This document shows, piece after piece, positions 63,699-64,000 of a stretch of 64,000 nucleotides of DNA (within the stretch, counting starts at the first letter, position 1; each line of letters starts with the position of its first letter). The notes beneath the pieces are model-generated. The model had not been told where the DNA came from. It saw only the letters and a list, made by a program, of their open reading frames with translations, and searched no databases. The stretch comes from Stylophora pistillata. Lineage: Eukaryota. The DNA is taken from assembly GCF_002571385.2 (NCBI RefSeq), contig NW_019217844.1, positions 466,240 to 530,239 on the forward strand, read 5' to 3'. Position numbers and translations under genes: made by a program.

Positions 63699-64000
63699 TA
63701 TGAAAGTTTTGCTTAAAGCCCGCCAGGGAGGGGACTGGGAGCTGGATTAGTTTCCGGGTCGCATGACATCAGGAAAGTTTTTTGGACGGACGCAGAACTG
63801 TGAGTTTTAGTTTCTCATTTCCGTCTGTAGGCTAGCCTTAAGGCGACAACTGATCGAACCCAATGGCCTTGTTCTATGTGAGTTGTGGGTAATCTGTGCG
63901 AGAAGATCACGTCGACCATTCAGTCTGTAATATGGCACTTGTGGCGAGACGTGAAGAACCTAAAACCCAACTGTGCTAAGCCAGTATGGGTCAGCAGCCA

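Overview
Eukaryotic (animal) genomic DNA: AT-rich, GT-AG spliced genes, several N gaps. The SINE/MITE/Penelope repertoire suggests a stony coral (inference). Genes rebuilt by hand from splice sites and exon phase: LRRIQ3-like (minus, 4 exons, about 859 aa, with an RFX X-box upstream); a DUF229/alkaline-phosphatase-superfamily gene disabled by two nonsense codons, a frameshift and a fold-back SINE insertion whose 13-bp TSD contains AG|GT; an intronless FKRP/LicD-family gene; a divergent intronless orphan ORF; QSOX sulfhydryl oxidase (plus, 11 exons, about 624 aa); and a DSN1-like kinetochore gene (minus, 11 small exons, about 286 aa) that the ORF track barely shows. Between them lie retroelement remnants (Penelope with an intact minimal hammerhead ribozyme, RTE, CR1/L2, DIRS), three tRNA-derived SINE families, P-superfamily-like fold-back MITEs with 7-bp TSDs, a truncated HECT fragment and two roughly 1-kb local duplications. 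I found no clear multi-gene novel system. The most unusual signals are the potential TSD-created intron, the snap-back SINE 5' ends, the ribozyme motifs and the orphan ORF.
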